Origin: Marsupella aquatica
Lineage: Eukaryota > Plantae > Marchantiophyta
Length of the DNA: 64,000 nucleotides
Direction of reading: 5' to 3'
Assembly: GCA_973895155.1 (NCBI GenBank)
Contig: OZ316891.1
Location: 32,437,208 to 32,501,207, forward strand
Translations under genes and position numbers: made by a program
Notes under the pieces: model-generated
The model's database searches: none
What the model was told of the DNA's origin: nothing
The model's input: the letters and a program-made list of their open reading frames with translations, nothing else
Part shown: in pieces, positions 11,216-24,749 of the stretch
How positions within the stretch are numbered: position 1 is the stretch's first letter
Layout of the letters: every line of letters starts with the position of its first letter

Positions 11216-13358
11216 TATGTTTCTATTCCGCCGCCGGAATGTACCCATAAACCAGTGACTCCTGACTGATTCCCGACTTAGGGACTTCTAAGCCATTGCC
11301 CCACCACTCTGCCATTCCACTCTCAGCAATCAGAGCTATGACAGTCCTCACCCAGCCCGCTTCAATGCACCCTGTACACCTCTCAGTGGCGCTGCTAGTC
11401 CCATCATACACTCAGATTGCCTCACACACACACACATCCATGAGAGAAATGAGGCCTGAGAGGAAAACTCAGTTAGATTCAAAGATGTGCACAACAGTTC
11501 ACTGAGAACACTTGATCCGAACACTAGGCCCGAAGGCTGTCTCCTCCAGATTACGACGTGCTTGCCCTAAAAGCCCCATGCTTGCCATGCAAGCTCAATC
11601 CTGAACCTGAGCCCGGCTCACTCCAGATTGCGATGGCAGATTGGACTCAAACCAATCCCGTACTTGCCTTGCAAACTCAATCCTGAACTCAACCTCCTTC
11701 ACTGCACTTCATTCTTGGGGGCACATACAGATCTCACACCTCCAATTCAGAACGTCAAGTTACGCATACATAGTTGACTCGACTTCAAAGCTGGTACCAG
11801 GCCTAACGGCGATCTACCCCAGACTGCAATGAGGCCCGCCCTCACGCTTGCCCTGCAAGCTCCGCTCTGGCCATAGATCCCTTAGTGCTCTCCACCAGAC
11901 AAAGGCCGGGACTCCCCATGGATCACGTAGCCTTGCCAGACTAAACTGTAAATGCTCCTCCTGCTGCCCCTCAATCAATGTCTCAGCCTCCCTAATGTGC
12001 TCACCACAAATCAAATTGACATCCTCCCCACAGTTTACAATCACCAATACATCACCTATCACCAAGGCTCTGTATCGGGGGAAAAGAACCCAGTTGTGCT
12101 ACCCACTAGAAAGAGCCACAATCCAGCTTGCAAACCTAGCAACCCATTGCTGTGAAGCTTGGCTGATTACTCCCTGAGTAATAGCACAACCAAGCTCTCC
12201 CCAACACGCAGCGTCCAAGTCCAGCCTTGCTTGCACAGAGCTCCTCCCTGCTGCTCAGTCTAAGTGAGATCACACAATTGAAGTCCCCCCCCCTCTACCG
12301 GGGGGCTGCTCTATATACTCTCTCCTTGAGCCCAAATGGGTGGATGCTACGCTGCTGGAGCCCCATCCCAGCCCTAACAGAGCCGCCACTATCTCTAACT
12401 ACTGAACCCTAACTCACAGCTTTATTTCTATCTCAAATTGGCTATGTACTTTGGATTTGGCCCTCCTCCATGGTTTTCGCGAGCTTGCGCCTCCTCTCCT
12501 GATTTCTCTATTCAACCATTTGCTGCGTGGATAGCAGCGTTGGAAACGGCTTGAGCTCCTCTTTCCAACGAGGTCAATTATAGCCGATTTGGTCAAATAC
12601 ACAGAGAGTTATGCCCCCGCAACCGAGAGGGGGTACTCACTGCTGCGCTAACCCGAGTTACATAGCTAACCCGAGTTCGGCTAACCTAACTATCCTATCT
12701 AACCCGAGTAGAGCTAACCCGTGGTCTCGGGTTAGGCCGCTACCCGCTATCCGCTATCCGCTAACCTAGCCTAAGTTGAGCCTGAACCCGAGCTTACCTA
12801 TGCTAACCTGAGCCCAAGTTTAGGCTAACCCGAGTTAAGTCTAACCCGGGATCAATCTAGTCCGAACCCGGGTTAAGCCTAAGCTGAAGCCGTGCTTACC
12901 TGAGCTAAGCTGAAGCCATGCTTACCTGAGCTAAGCTGAAGCCGTGCTTACTTGAGCTAAGCTAAAGCCGTGCTCACATAAGCTAAGCCGTGGTCGAGCT
13001 TGGGTTAACCCGAAACTGAAGCTGAATCCGCTAATTTCGGCCACAAGTTAACCCGTCACACTAATCAGGCCGTATCTTTCTTAATACACCTCCGTTTCTC
13101 GAGTGTTTCATATCGATTTTACTCGCCTTGACCAGATCTTCCCAATGCTCTTTACAGATCCGGATTTGGTGACATATTGAACGAGATATGGTCGCCGACT
13201 ACCTACGACATAGCCTTTTATTTCCCTAACACTCAACGCCATGATTGCCCTTATTCTTGCCATCTTGCTAATTGTTATGCAATATCAATAGCTACTCCTT
13301 GCATACAGCAACCTACTTAATCAGATTACAAAATAAGGACCATGTCATTGGCGTCACA
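10880..13358. repeat. LTR family B (non-coding, about 2.5 kb) with internal short tandem repeats
   Basis: Termini TGTAAC...GTCACA. The right end interrupts the ParB-like gene of family M copy 2. Internal AACCCGAG repeats and a 26-bp GCTTACCTGAGCTAAGCTGAAGCCGT repeat at about 12645-13030. No matching TSD. Confidence 0.6.
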
Positions 13359-14837
13359 CCTCTACATTGTTCCACGTAATCCAGGTATGACACCACTGTT
13401 TTACTAGATCATCATTCACGCTGTTCGGATGGAAGAATTGCCTTCGGAGCTCAGGATTGCAATGGGCAATAAGCAAAGTACTCCTGAGCTTGGGGTCGAG
13501 TGCGGAAACAGCAGTAAAAAGCCTGGCTTGGTCCATTGTACACAAGACGGTATCAGGTTTCTTCTCTTGCTTATTTCTCTCCGTCACAGCATACATTTAT
13601 GCGCACGTAGATAGAAAGTCCTCAAATTCAGGACTCAACAAAGGAGTGATTTTTGATGTTTTCACTGCCCAGTCCTTGGTGGCCTCCTTCATCATTATGG
13701 CATGCCTTGTGGAAACCTCCTCGGCCGACCAGGGGATACCTAGGGCCGCAGCGGACTCCATGTCTAGCTTGAATTGGTTAGAATATGATTTAATTTTATT
13801 CTCACATAGAATATAGACAAGAGCCTCTTGAGGCATCTTCTTCGTGTACCAGGATCCTTTCCGCGTCTTCAGCCTGATCTGCTCAATCTTCTTATAATTG
13901 GCAGGGTCGATGAGCTTACTATAGTACTCCAGGTCGTGAATCAAAATCCTCTTGATTCGATCTGCATCAAGGATCCATGACGGTTTGACCAAGGCTTGTC
14001 CAAGCCTGAAGGAAAACAAAGGAATTAGAAAAACATTCAAGCAGCGCCGGGCGCTCGTAAAACAATTCCTCTTAGAGATATGCTATAAAGAACAACTTAC
14101 TAGTTCACGGTGTGGATCACCGCTTCAATTTCAATCAGTGAACCCTTGTCCCCATTGAAGACAGTACAAAGCACTTGCGGGTGGTATTTTGGGTTTTCTG
14201 GATTCTCCTTAGTGACAAGCGTCCAGGAGTACAACCGATGGTTCTCGTCAAAAATTGAGAACATCTTATCCTTCAGAACAAGAAAATTGGGGTCTGCCGC
14301 ACATTCTTCCTCGAACTTTTTGTTTTCGGATATCCATATTGGATCCCAAGTATCATGAATTTCCTGTGTGCAAGTGAGCGTCACTCCCTCAGCGTCCGCC
14401 GGCTGAACATAAAACCTCATTCCTATCGACAAATTGTATCCCATACTACGAAAAGAGTCTTTCAACTTGTCAATGGAGGAGCTATCTTTCTGCAAAGTGC
14501 GGACGACCTCCATGTGCACCAACCAACACAGCAGAATCCTAGGAGGCTCCTTGTTAAACCCTCGGAAATCCTTCCCAAAGAACATGACATGTTTTGAAAT
14601 AAGGTCGGTCTTCGAGAATGAGACATCTCCGATTGCAAATGTGTCAACATTCTCCATCATTTTTCATGTCGGCTTCGGAAACAAATTACTTGATACGGGA
14701 ACAAGTGATGCGCTTGACCTCGTCACTCGACGTGTATACACCAAACCTGAAAATGAAGACTTAGAAGACTCGCAATAGCCATGATCACGATCCCCCACAA
14801 CACTATACCCCCTCGACGAGGAGGGGACTGCATCCAT
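13359..14837 (-). pseudogene. ParB-like domain protein (N-terminal half of the ParB-MTase gene), intron 14006-14100
   Basis: KDKMFSIFDENHRLYSW (DGNHR in the paralog). Collinear with 22138-23980. Several in-frame stops; truncated by LTR B. Confidence 0.7.
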
Positions 14838-15153
14838 CGTCTCCCGCGATGAGTGTTGTACGAACGGTCGTACACTACAATTCTCACGATTGAGTACTGA
14901 ATCTCCGTACCAAATTAACAATTGATGGAGTACTATACCCGATTGATCAGTGCTATCTCCCTTGATGTAATCTATTTAAGAGACGTTACGATGAAATTGG
15001 GTATTAGTTATTGTTAAAACAAAGCGACAATCTAAGAACTGTGAAAGATATTAATGTAGAATCCGCTAAACTGTTTTTGTGAAGATCACGCTAACCGTAG
15101 TTACCGTTAAATATTACCGTTGACCAGACTACTAAAACTTGGTAATGCAATGC

Positions 15154-15543
15154 TAGCGTCGGGCGCTAGTAAAATTTTAACCACATTGGTCATACAGTTT
15201 AATGTGTTCAATAGATAGCGCCCGATGCTACCCATTCCGTGGTCTATTAAAGGTTATGTTTTTGTCATAGTTTAGGCAAATGTTTTTGGAAATGAAGAAC
15301 TTTAGGACGTAGGAAGTTTAATTTTGTTCACATTTGGTCCTTAAATATGGTGTACCAATACTAGCGCCCGGCGCTAGTACATGTATCCCTAAATGGTGCC
15401 TAAATTTGGATGATATTGCATGTTTAGATACAAAAAAGTAGACTTATTGGTGTCCACTGTAATGCTAGCGCCCGACGCTAGTCTGCTGTGTGACTGGATT
15501 CTAACCTTATAAATCCTGGAATTTTTGGTAGCGCCAGGCGCTG
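15154..15543. repeat. Cluster of five 15-bp palindromes TAGCGCCNGGCGCTA between the divergent genes
   Basis: Copies at 15154, 15216, 15362, 15466 and 15529, separated by unique AT-rich DNA. Confidence 0.9.
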
Positions 15544-15775
15544 TTGAAATCATGTGAATTATCTTGGCCTATATGTGTTCATTTTGACACAAAAAAATAT
15601 CCCTGACACCCGCACTTAACGGGGCAAAAGGACAAACTCTACATTTATGATTTCAACGGACACAATTCTATGTCATATTCAAACTACTTTTATAACGGTC
15701 AGTCATCTTCATGCATTAGTATAAGCATTCCATTTGGGAGGAATTTGCTTTGTTGATTCCTTCATTTTCTCCACA

Positions 15776-18700
15776 ATGTCTTGCTCAATTGTAATTACAT
15801 GTGCTTGTACTGGAGACGTCGTCAACATCCCCGTGCAAGTCTCTGATGCTTACAAGCAAGTTAGTGAAACCTACCTTGGGAGATTTGATTTGAGGATGAA
15901 TGATATTGAGTCCATTGTTCCACAGGAATCGACGAGTGGAGAACTTCAACGGGCTGCGGCATTCGATGTAGATGAGGGAGTACACTTTTGGCATATGAAT
16001 GCCGGGCTTAGTTACACGCTTAATGTCAGACGTGTCACTCCGGAACCAGCAGTTGGGAACATTCCTGTTGTTGTTGTTGACATATCTGACAATGAAGATG
16101 GTGATGTTGCACCCACTCCTCCTTCGCAGTACAAAGTTCCGGTTTCTGCTTTTGTTAAGGATGAGCCGGTGGCTACCTCCGGAGTTGGTCATAAAGTCTA
16201 CCGGAGGAGTGCGATGGACGCCTTACTCAAGGCCACGGGACATAGTGAACTGTCAAGATTTATCTTGGCATGGGACTTCCGGCATGAGCAAGTTCCTTGT
16301 TTGCCAGACAAGTACAACGGAAATGTTGTATTTGAACTGCCTCCCATTGAGGGAACGCTCTCCAAGGGATCTAGACTTCGTGACATGGACCGTGCCAAAG
16401 ATTGTTACATTTGGACCCAAATTTTTCCAACAACTGCAAACGTGCATCCAAAGAAACATTGGGAATTTGGTAAGGTTACGTGTACCGGGTTCATCAAGTG
16501 CAGGAACAAGTCCTGTGAGTACTTTCAGCGAAAGAAGAGATGCAATGCAAAGGCCTGGCATGGTGCTCCTAAACTCAGTGGCCAACACGTGGTGGGTTTG
16601 TTGATTGAAGAGGGTGGTGTAGTCTGTCACTATTGTGCGTAGATTCCTTTCTGTGTGAAGTCTTGCCCTGCTCGCTTGTTTTATATGTACCCTCAAGTCC
16701 TTCTTGATACAAAGACCTGTAGTCACATGTCTCGGCTCGCAGTTCATATAGGTGAGCATAACCATCCAAGTAGGAAAGTTTTCTCGAGGAGCGCTGAGAA
16801 GATAGCTGAGGATTTGATAAGAAAAAATCATGAAGCCAATCCTCTAGCAAAGCCGCCTGGTATTTTGAATTCCGCAACCGGTTCGCTCGTGAAAGCTCTT
16901 TGCAAAAACGTCAACAACATAGTAGATATTGAAGAAACGGAGATTTGGAAGTCTCTCATGGTACTGTCTACCCCCCAGAAATTTGCATCGCTTTGTCAAA
17001 GCGTTTGAATGGACCAGGCTGGTCATGGTAGTTAGATTTCCTAGCTCGGATGCAAAAATCAAATAACATTTCTTTCCTCCAAAGGTACCTCCTATCGGGT
17101 CAAGGTTGTGTAGCAGATAGGCCCCATATATTCAAAATGACAGTCAAGGGTCATGGATCTGGTGTAGATCTTCTCCGGCAAATGCAACCTGGCGGAAGAT
17201 TGGAAGGAGCTTGGGTGAGTTTTGATGTGATGAAGCGAGTGACAACCGACTGGTTTACTTTCAGTGCACACGTTTACAATCACAACTTCCGAGCTCTTTG
17301 TACAATCTTCACATGCGAACTAAAAGCTGAAGACACGGAGTCCTTTGAGAAAGCGTGGAGAATTATGATTGAGGTTTGTAAGGAAAATGGGTTACAAGAC
17401 GTTGTCATTCAAGGTTTTATGGCTGACAATGCTCAGGCTGGATGGATCGCCGTTCGCAATATCTTTTTTGGAGGGCACCTAGACCCTGAACGTGAACGCT
17501 CTGATGCATTTCACTTTTACCAGTCGTTCCATCGACACTCTACAGAAAGAGTTTTGGAGGGTAAGCAACCAGAACATCGACAACTATGAGAGAAATTGCG
17601 GAATGCTCCAACGTTTGTTGCGGCGTATCGAGTTTCGAGGGAGATTGTGTTATGGTGGCAAGCGGGAAATTGTGTCCCAGGAAAGCTGATGATGTTGCAG
17701 AGTTGGATATCTTGGTGGGTTGTTTGATGGCGTCAGTGGGGGAATTTCATTTGTGTGGTAAGTTTTCCTGATGCGTTTATTAGTCAAACCTCAGTGTGTT
17801 TATACTAGCGCCAGGCGCTACTTTAATTTTCACTCAGAAAACCTTCAAACTTTACAGAAAATGAAACTTTTACCGATAAACCTTCTTTTATTATCTCCTA
17901 CTCATTGCTAGCGCTTGGCGCTGCTTATACAAAAGAAGTAAATTTTGTCTGAACGGGTTTTATTGCAGAGCAAAAGTGCAGAAGAAGGTGCGCTCATTCC
18001 AAACTATACCGGGTCAGAGTCAAGGCACGCCTCCATGAAAGCATGGGCTACCAAAAAAATGGTGGGTCTCTTTGAAGCATGCAAAGTTGATCAAAATCGA
18101 GCTTTGTCACAAGTTGCGGGTTACAGCGCATATCGGAAGGGACTCAATAGAGGGAAGGGGCCAACTATCTGGGAATTAGCATTTTGATCCGCAGACCAAT
18201 CTGGTTCACCCAAGTTATTTGAAGAAGCAACCAACATGATTCTTTCAAACGCTGTTGATTTGGATCTGGAGAGGAGCTCTCCTCTGAATGGAGATATTGT
18301 CACAAAGTCGGTTAAGAGGAAGGGACTCGCAACTGGGATTGTCTCGCCACAAGACTCCCATCGGCATGACACCATTCTCATCACTACACCAAATACTCGA
18401 GGGTTCAAACGGAAGAATCTCAACAACACTGCCTTCACTTCCTTTCCTGCAAATGTAACAGATCCCATAGTCGACATCGGCGGTAGCAACACTTCAACGA
18501 ATGGAAGTGATTCCCTCGCAAACACCCCTGAAGCCAGAGGAACAACAACATCGTCGCAACCCCCACTCAGTGCTCCGGCTGTTCTTCAACATTTGCCGAC
18601 AGAGTCAACTCCTTTGGAAATGGACGTTCCTAGAGGGACCTGGCATTTGTGGCGGACGGCCAAATATGGGGCAGGGCCTCAGTGCAATGGGACTTTGCAT

Positions 18701-19460
18701 GGAAATTCTGAGAGGGATGAGTGTCGAAATCGTGTGAAAAAAGTCGGGTTCCATTCGGCAGCAGGTGTTGTCGGCATTGTTGTCAGCGGACATCGCATTT
18801 TTAGAGGCACACCCATTGCAAAAATGATATGGTTCTGCCCAAACAAAACATGCTACAAGAGCCGCCCGCGTCGTGGTGTTGAATGCCTTCCTCCTATGCC
18901 GGATATCTTGCCAGTTGTGAAAGGGACCAACCTGTCACCTGCCGAGGTAGAGTTCCTTGAAGCACAGGGAGTCTCGATGGTCCAAACAGTTGCGACGTCT
19001 CGCGCTGCACTTGTTCCATTTGACTTGAGAATTAATGTAAACGCATTTACTGAAAGAATCAATTTTGCCGATCCCAACGTACGCCTTCGGACCAGGAATG
19101 GGAGAAACTCCCTCGGGGGTTTCACTTCCACAAAAATGGCATATCACGTGCGACGAAGGATAGGGTCATTTTATTGGTTCTAAGAGAAGACTTAAGAATT
19201 TTTGTAGAAGAACAATAGGGTCTTTTAAATTCAATTTTGAGACTTATAAGAACATTAGGGTCGTTTTAATCCAAAATTTGGAATATTCCAAGAATATTCC
19301 AACTTTATAGGGGTTAAAAAATTAAAAAAATTCTCACATTTTAGGGGGTCCGAGGCCTAAAAACGTCGGAGGTGATGGGGAGGTCCCCATATAGTGAGAC
19401 CCCCGAGGAAACTCCAGACCTCGATCAAATCTAACACTGGCTCACAGTACACGAATGGAG
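15776..19460 (+). pseudogene. MULE-like transposase with N-terminal GCM/WRKY-like Zn domain; intron 17758-17968; stops and a MITE insertion
   Basis: Cys/His-rich region CTGFIKCRNKSC...CHYC...C...HIGEHNHP. DDE-like motifs WVSFDVMKR, FMADNAQA, DAFH (CxxH position) and PNYTGSESRHASMK. Paralog of 1-1934 and 26273-27422. Confidence 0.7.
19112..19407. mobile_element. MITE, 296 bp, 8-bp TSD GAAACTCC
   Basis: TIRs CTCGGGGGTTTCACT / AGTGAGACCCCCGAG, with TSDs at 19104-19111 and 19408-19415. Removing it restores GRNSRPRSNLT, as in the paralog. Confidence 0.9.
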
Positions 19461-20219
19461 GGGGGATCTCTCCGTGACAGCAAATAGCAAACAGCAAACA
19501 GTAAACAGCAAACAGCAAAACTCATACCAGCAAATGTGCACCCAAAAAAAGTCACCGAAGGGTATGAAAATATTGTCACATATATTGGACGTGAAGCGGC
19601 CATTGAGTACATTTATACTAGCGTCGGGCGCTATAAGGAAAAAACCAAATAAAAACCTCTTTGAAATACCGGCTACAGTAATAGCCCCGGGCGCTACTCC
19701 AATCCGACACGTCAGGGCGTTCTTATTGAGTATCGTCGTTCTCCATAAACGGGTAAATAAAACAAGGAGAACTAAAGACCAGATCCACAACCACCACTCG
19801 ACTCTGAGTCCGATTCAGAGCCGCTACTTTCTGATCTATCAGTGGACTCTGCTTTGTCGTCCACATACTTGGATTTTGCAATATCATCTACGAAGTGATT
19901 CTGCACAAACTTTCTATCTGAGCCTCTCTTGAGTCTAAGACCCTTACTCTACCAAGTAAGCGTCCTGACTGAATCTGCCCGTCGTGCCGCCTTTTCAGCA
20001 TAAGAGGGGAGAACAAATGGCTTCTCCGGGGTCTGTACAACGTTCCTAGAGACGTTCCTTCGAAGTTGAAAATGCCTCCGAAGATTCCACTCTAACCTGA
20101 GAATTTGAACTGGAGTTCTTTAGTCGAAGTCGGGAAATCGGGCGAATTTTCTAGACATAAGGGAGTAGAGGAGTTCTTTGGAAAAAAGTATACAACAAGA
20201 GAAAGAAAGCTAAAGAAAA

Positions 20220-23200
20220 TTACTCTTCTGACTCTTCACTGTCCTCATCTCCAGATCCAAGGTCCACCACATTCTTCGACACCTCATCATCTTTAGATTG
20301 CTGAGAAGCATTGCCACCCTCATCCTCGTCTTCTGAATCAAAATTTAGAATAGCAAGGAGCCTGTCCTGCTTCTTACTTCCAGGAATCTTCTTAGGAGGA
20401 GTTGGTGCAACCACTTCTTTGTTCTATAAAAGATCGAGGAAGACCTTACCGGAAGTATCAACAAACTCTGGACGATTTTCCAGCCCAACAACAAAGCGAC
20501 CAGAATAATCTCCAGCCACAAACGTACTACCGGAACCTACTGTCCAGTCCATAACGATATCTCCAGGAAGAGTCACCAATTCCAAAATAGTTTGCATGAA
20601 ACCCACAGGCAATCGTGAATTTCCTGCAAATTGGAGCTCAGGAGTCGGGTCATGTCGCGGCAACAAAAACCCAATAATGTTAGTGACGGAAGGGTCTTCT
20701 TCATTCGATAGTGGCCGGAACTTGGGGTCTTTCGGGACCCTTCCCTTTGTCAAAATGCGGCAAAATATATTAAGAGTAAGTGTGAATATCTGCAACACAG
20801 TTTCCCAATGAAGGCAGTATAAGAAAACAGACACATATATTAGCGCTTGGCGCTAGTCAACCATTCATCCTTACAAAAGATAAGTGAATTGTAGATATTG
20901 CGAATGCTGATAGTAGCGTCGGGCGCTAGTATGTGCAAGAGGAATTGTTACCTGAGTATCAGATCGGGGCCTATACATTGGTGTAGTCATGACCACATGG
21001 TGGGTTGAAATACACTGGAAACACTTAGAATCCTGGCAAGCCGCAATCACTTCAGATACCTGATCATAGTCTCCTCTGTGTAAAATTGCAAGTAGGCCAT
21101 CGTCTGCAAGGAACGGCTCCATGGCTCGGAAGAAAGAGCTGGGAATAGTGTAATCCTGAAGGTTCCACTTGGGAACCTTCCGATCAAGAAGTGTTGGTTT
21201 TAACCCAGTGGGAATGTAGATGAAACCAGCATCCACACCAAAGCCCCTCTCTTTTCCGCCACGCATTACTCCCTTCTCTCTGTCTCCTGACTTTACCAAT
21301 TCCTTTCCCCAGGCCTCAACTTTAGTAACCCACATGGGCTTCATCCCCTTGTTAAATACCAAATTGTAAAATTCGTTTAAATTGGACTCCACAAAATAGT
21401 GTCTAGAACACCTTCGCTTAAAATTCCCGACATCTCTCTGGAGTCCACAGGAAATAATGTCTCGAGTAGATGATGCTGCTCTGTCCTCACCGGCGCCTCT
21501 CTTTTTCTTTTTCTTCGTGCTAGTTGCGTCAAGAGGGACAATGGATTTTCCAGCACCATCCGGGGTCCCTTGATCCGGGGTTTCTTGAGCTCCAGTGTTT
21601 GCCTCCGATGCCTAAGGAGTTGCATCATTCTTCCCTTCGGCAGCCGGGACCTCCGTGTCGGACTTTCAACCTCCTGTTAGGCACAAAAACTTGAATGAGT
21701 CCAACCTTTCAGACTAGCGCCAGGCGCTATTAATCAAAGGAATTTCCAAATGAAACTCCTGCATAAGCAGCGCCAACAAGTAACCAAAAAGCGCTTAGAC
21801 TACTGACTTTTCTTGAAGGACCTTGTGGAGTCACTTGGTGCAGCTGACTCATTCTTCGCCTTTCCTCTTGGCTTACGGCTTCGGTCAACGTGCATGACAA
21901 GAGACTCACAATTCTTCTGTAACTCAGATGCAGATTCGTCAACATCAGACTAGAGACCTTGCTTCATTGTAGACACATAGTTGGTAGGGATCTGGGACTT
22001 TTGCAACTTCATGAAGGCATCCTTCTCAGCTTTGTCGAACGGTAAATCCCATTTGTCTGTGTCGAGGTACCAGGGACAGTGAAGTCTCTCCCACTCCGAC
22101 AATGATCGTGGTGGAAACTTTCCCTCCGCTGGGTACATCAATACAGGTCGGCAAGAGCGTCTCCATCTTTGATAGACACCCATTTCTGAAATGCAGCCGG
22201 GTATGCCCATAGAGTGTCAGGAGATCTAAGCTCCATCCACATGTAAAACCGGTATAGATATCGTTTGGCTCTCTTCCGGTTCCGCTCTGTGTAATCTTCC
22301 TTGTCCACATATTTGGAAGACCACAAGTTGTTGAAGAATTTTGCCTTGACAAGATCCCCAAAGTTTCTGAATTCATCGAGAATGATCTTAAGCATGGCCT
22401 CCATTGACTCACACCCAGACTTTGTGAGACGGTCAGCCGGCATCCGGTCAGAAATCTGTTTGAAGGAAGTGTGAAGCATTCCAGTTGCAATTCCCTCCAC
22501 AGAATTCCAAGTATGCCATGTATGGCACCACTGCTTCACAGGCTCGTCGTTGACACTTGCAAGATGGAAAAACTGTTTCCGAATCTCGGGAGTGCAGTGG
22601 GCTACTAGAAGGGTGCACCTCAATTTTGGATCCAGGTATGAAACAACAGTAAACAACCTGGCTCGATCCATTGTGCATACAACTATGTCTGGCTTCTTCT
22701 CCCGTTTGTTCTTCTCAGTTACGGGATACATCTCAGCACAGGTTCCCAAATAATCTCCAAAATCCGGATGAAGTAAAGGGGTGATCTTCGTCACTTTGAT
22801 CGACCAATCTTTGGTCGCCTCCTTCATCATTGCCTCATGCCTCTTTGTGGTCTCCTCTTCTGACCAAGAAGCCCCTTGAGCTTTGGCTAAAGCCATATCA
22901 GACTTAAATTGATTTGAGTAAGACTTGATTTTGTCCACACACAGAATGTAGATGAGAGCATCCTGTGGCATTTTATGTGTAAACCAAGACCCCTTTCTCG
23001 TCTTCTTTTGGATTGCCTCAAACTTTGCCATGTTCGCGCTGTCGATTAGTGGCTTATAGTGATCAAGATCACGCGACAGAATTTGGGAAATTCTGTCCGC
23101 GTCAAGAATCCAGGAAGGCTCGACGACTGCTTGTCCAAGCCTGGATGCAATGAAAAGGAATTAGTAGCGCTGGGCGCTAGCAAAAATTGGGGAATGAACA

Positions 23201-23980
23201 CTTTCGCAAAGCATGTTTGGTCCAAAATGAATGACAAGGGTAACAACAGTTAATGAACAGAACTTACTGGTTCACGGTGTGCATTGCCGCCTCGAGCTCA
23301 ACTAGTGAACCTCTGTCACCATTGTAAATGACGCAAATCACACGAGGATGATACTTCAAGTTGTCCGGATTCTCCCTCGTGACGATTGACCACGAGTACA
23401 ATCGATGATTTCCGTCAAACACACAAAACATTTTATCTTTTAGAATATGGAACGCTGGGTCCGCATCACACTCTTCCTCAAACTTGTTGTTCTCTGCGAC
23501 CCAGATTGGATCCCAAGAGTCCCGGATCTCGCTGGTGCATATCTGAGAAACCCCGTCGGCATTTGCAGGCTGAACATAGAAAGGCATCCCAATGCGCGAG
23601 TTGTACCCGATGACACGGAATGATTCTTTCAACTTCTTGATCGATGAACTTTCTTTCTGTAATGTTCGAACAACCTCCATGGGGAGCAATCTACAAAGAG
23701 GAATTTGAGGTGGCTCCTTATCGAGTCCTCGAAAATCCTTCCTGAATGACAATGCGTGCTTTGATATTACCTCGTCCATCGATAAGCCTATGTCACTGAC
23801 TTCACCCATGGAGACCTCCTTAGGGTCCATTCTCCCTCTCCTCGACCTCGGGAAGGGCTGTGCAGATTCAGCTTCGGAAGTCGATAGGGACGCAGTCGAT
23901 CGAGTGACGCGACGGGTGTATACTGAACCAGCGAACAAAGATTGAGAGGACTCAGAATGACCACCATCAGCCTCCCCCAT
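20220..23980 (-). pseudogene. ParB-like domain + DNA amino-methyltransferase-like fusion; introns about 23141-23267, 21673-21808, 20790-20951
   Basis: FCVFDGNHRLYSW is the ParB/Srx GxHR motif. ELVTLPGDIVMDWTVGSGSTFVAG...VVGLE is a beta-class MTase SAM-binding motif I. GT/AG splice sites are present; there are frameshifts and stops. The 3' end is approximate. Confidence 0.7.
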
Positions 23981-24367
23981 TCTCGTATCACCTAGCCAAA
24001 AGTTTCCGTGGAGAGTGACTCGACCACCCGGCACTGTCGTACGCGCCGTGCAGTTCTTGTGACGATCACGTCTCAAAATGTACGGGACCAATAAAGGATG
24101 CACATATGCACTTGACAAACTCATACAATCTGAGGTCTGAGCGCATAGACGGACTAAATTATCCCAAATGAGCAATCTCCACCTCGTATTAAACACCGAT
24201 ACAATAGAACCAGCCATTCGAGTACAACGGTCCCAAGTACAGATGGCATTATCCGATTGGACTTTCATCCCAGATAAAAGCAAAAAGGGTTCCGTGAACC
24301 TCAATCTACTATAATATTACCGTTGGAAAGTGACCGTTGTAACCACATCAGTGTCGATAGTTGTGGA

Positions 24368-24749
24368 TAGCGCCAGGCGCTATTATTCAACATACTTTCA
24401 AATGTAGCTACGGGCAGTAATATCAACACAATTGTGAAGGTATCGACAAGCCAACTGTATTAGCGCTCGGCGCTAGTATTCAAATAAATGATGACATCCG
24501 AGTCCAATGACAACAACATGACCACATGAACCCATTCATTCAACGAATATTCCAATGAATTACAATAGCGCCTGGCGCTATTAAAATGCACATCAATTAA
24601 ACAGAATTTGTTGAAATAAAAGTAGAAATAACTCCTGCCTTGTGATTCCTTTCATTAATAGCGCCCAACGCTATCAAAAACACTTTAGAGATAAGACTTG
24701 TCATGACAGGGTTACGGACACTTTTTTCTCATAATAGCGCCAGACGCTA
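24368..24749. repeat. Cluster of five 15-bp palindromes upstream of the ParB-MTase gene
   Basis: Copies at 24368, 24461, 24566, 24659 and 24735. Confidence 0.9.

Larger units (their letters stand above)
13359..19460. mobile_element. Mutator-like family M copy 2 (both ends interrupted)
   Basis: Divergent ParB-like gene (-) and transposase gene (+), plus 8 palindromes. Cut by LTR B on the left and by family M copy 3 on the right. Confidence 0.75.

Noticed and set aside
10880-13358. Clean solo LTR
   Set aside because: The flanks CACAC and CCTCT are not a TSD and the interrupted ParB gene does not resume on the left, so the region is rearranged.
24368-24749. Palindromic repeats with unique spacers resembling a CRISPR array (also 15154-15543 and 44487-45031)
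   Set aside because: Repeats are only 15 bp with irregular 47-131 bp spacers, or are true 90-bp tandem units. There are no cas genes, and the context is eukaryotic and intronic.
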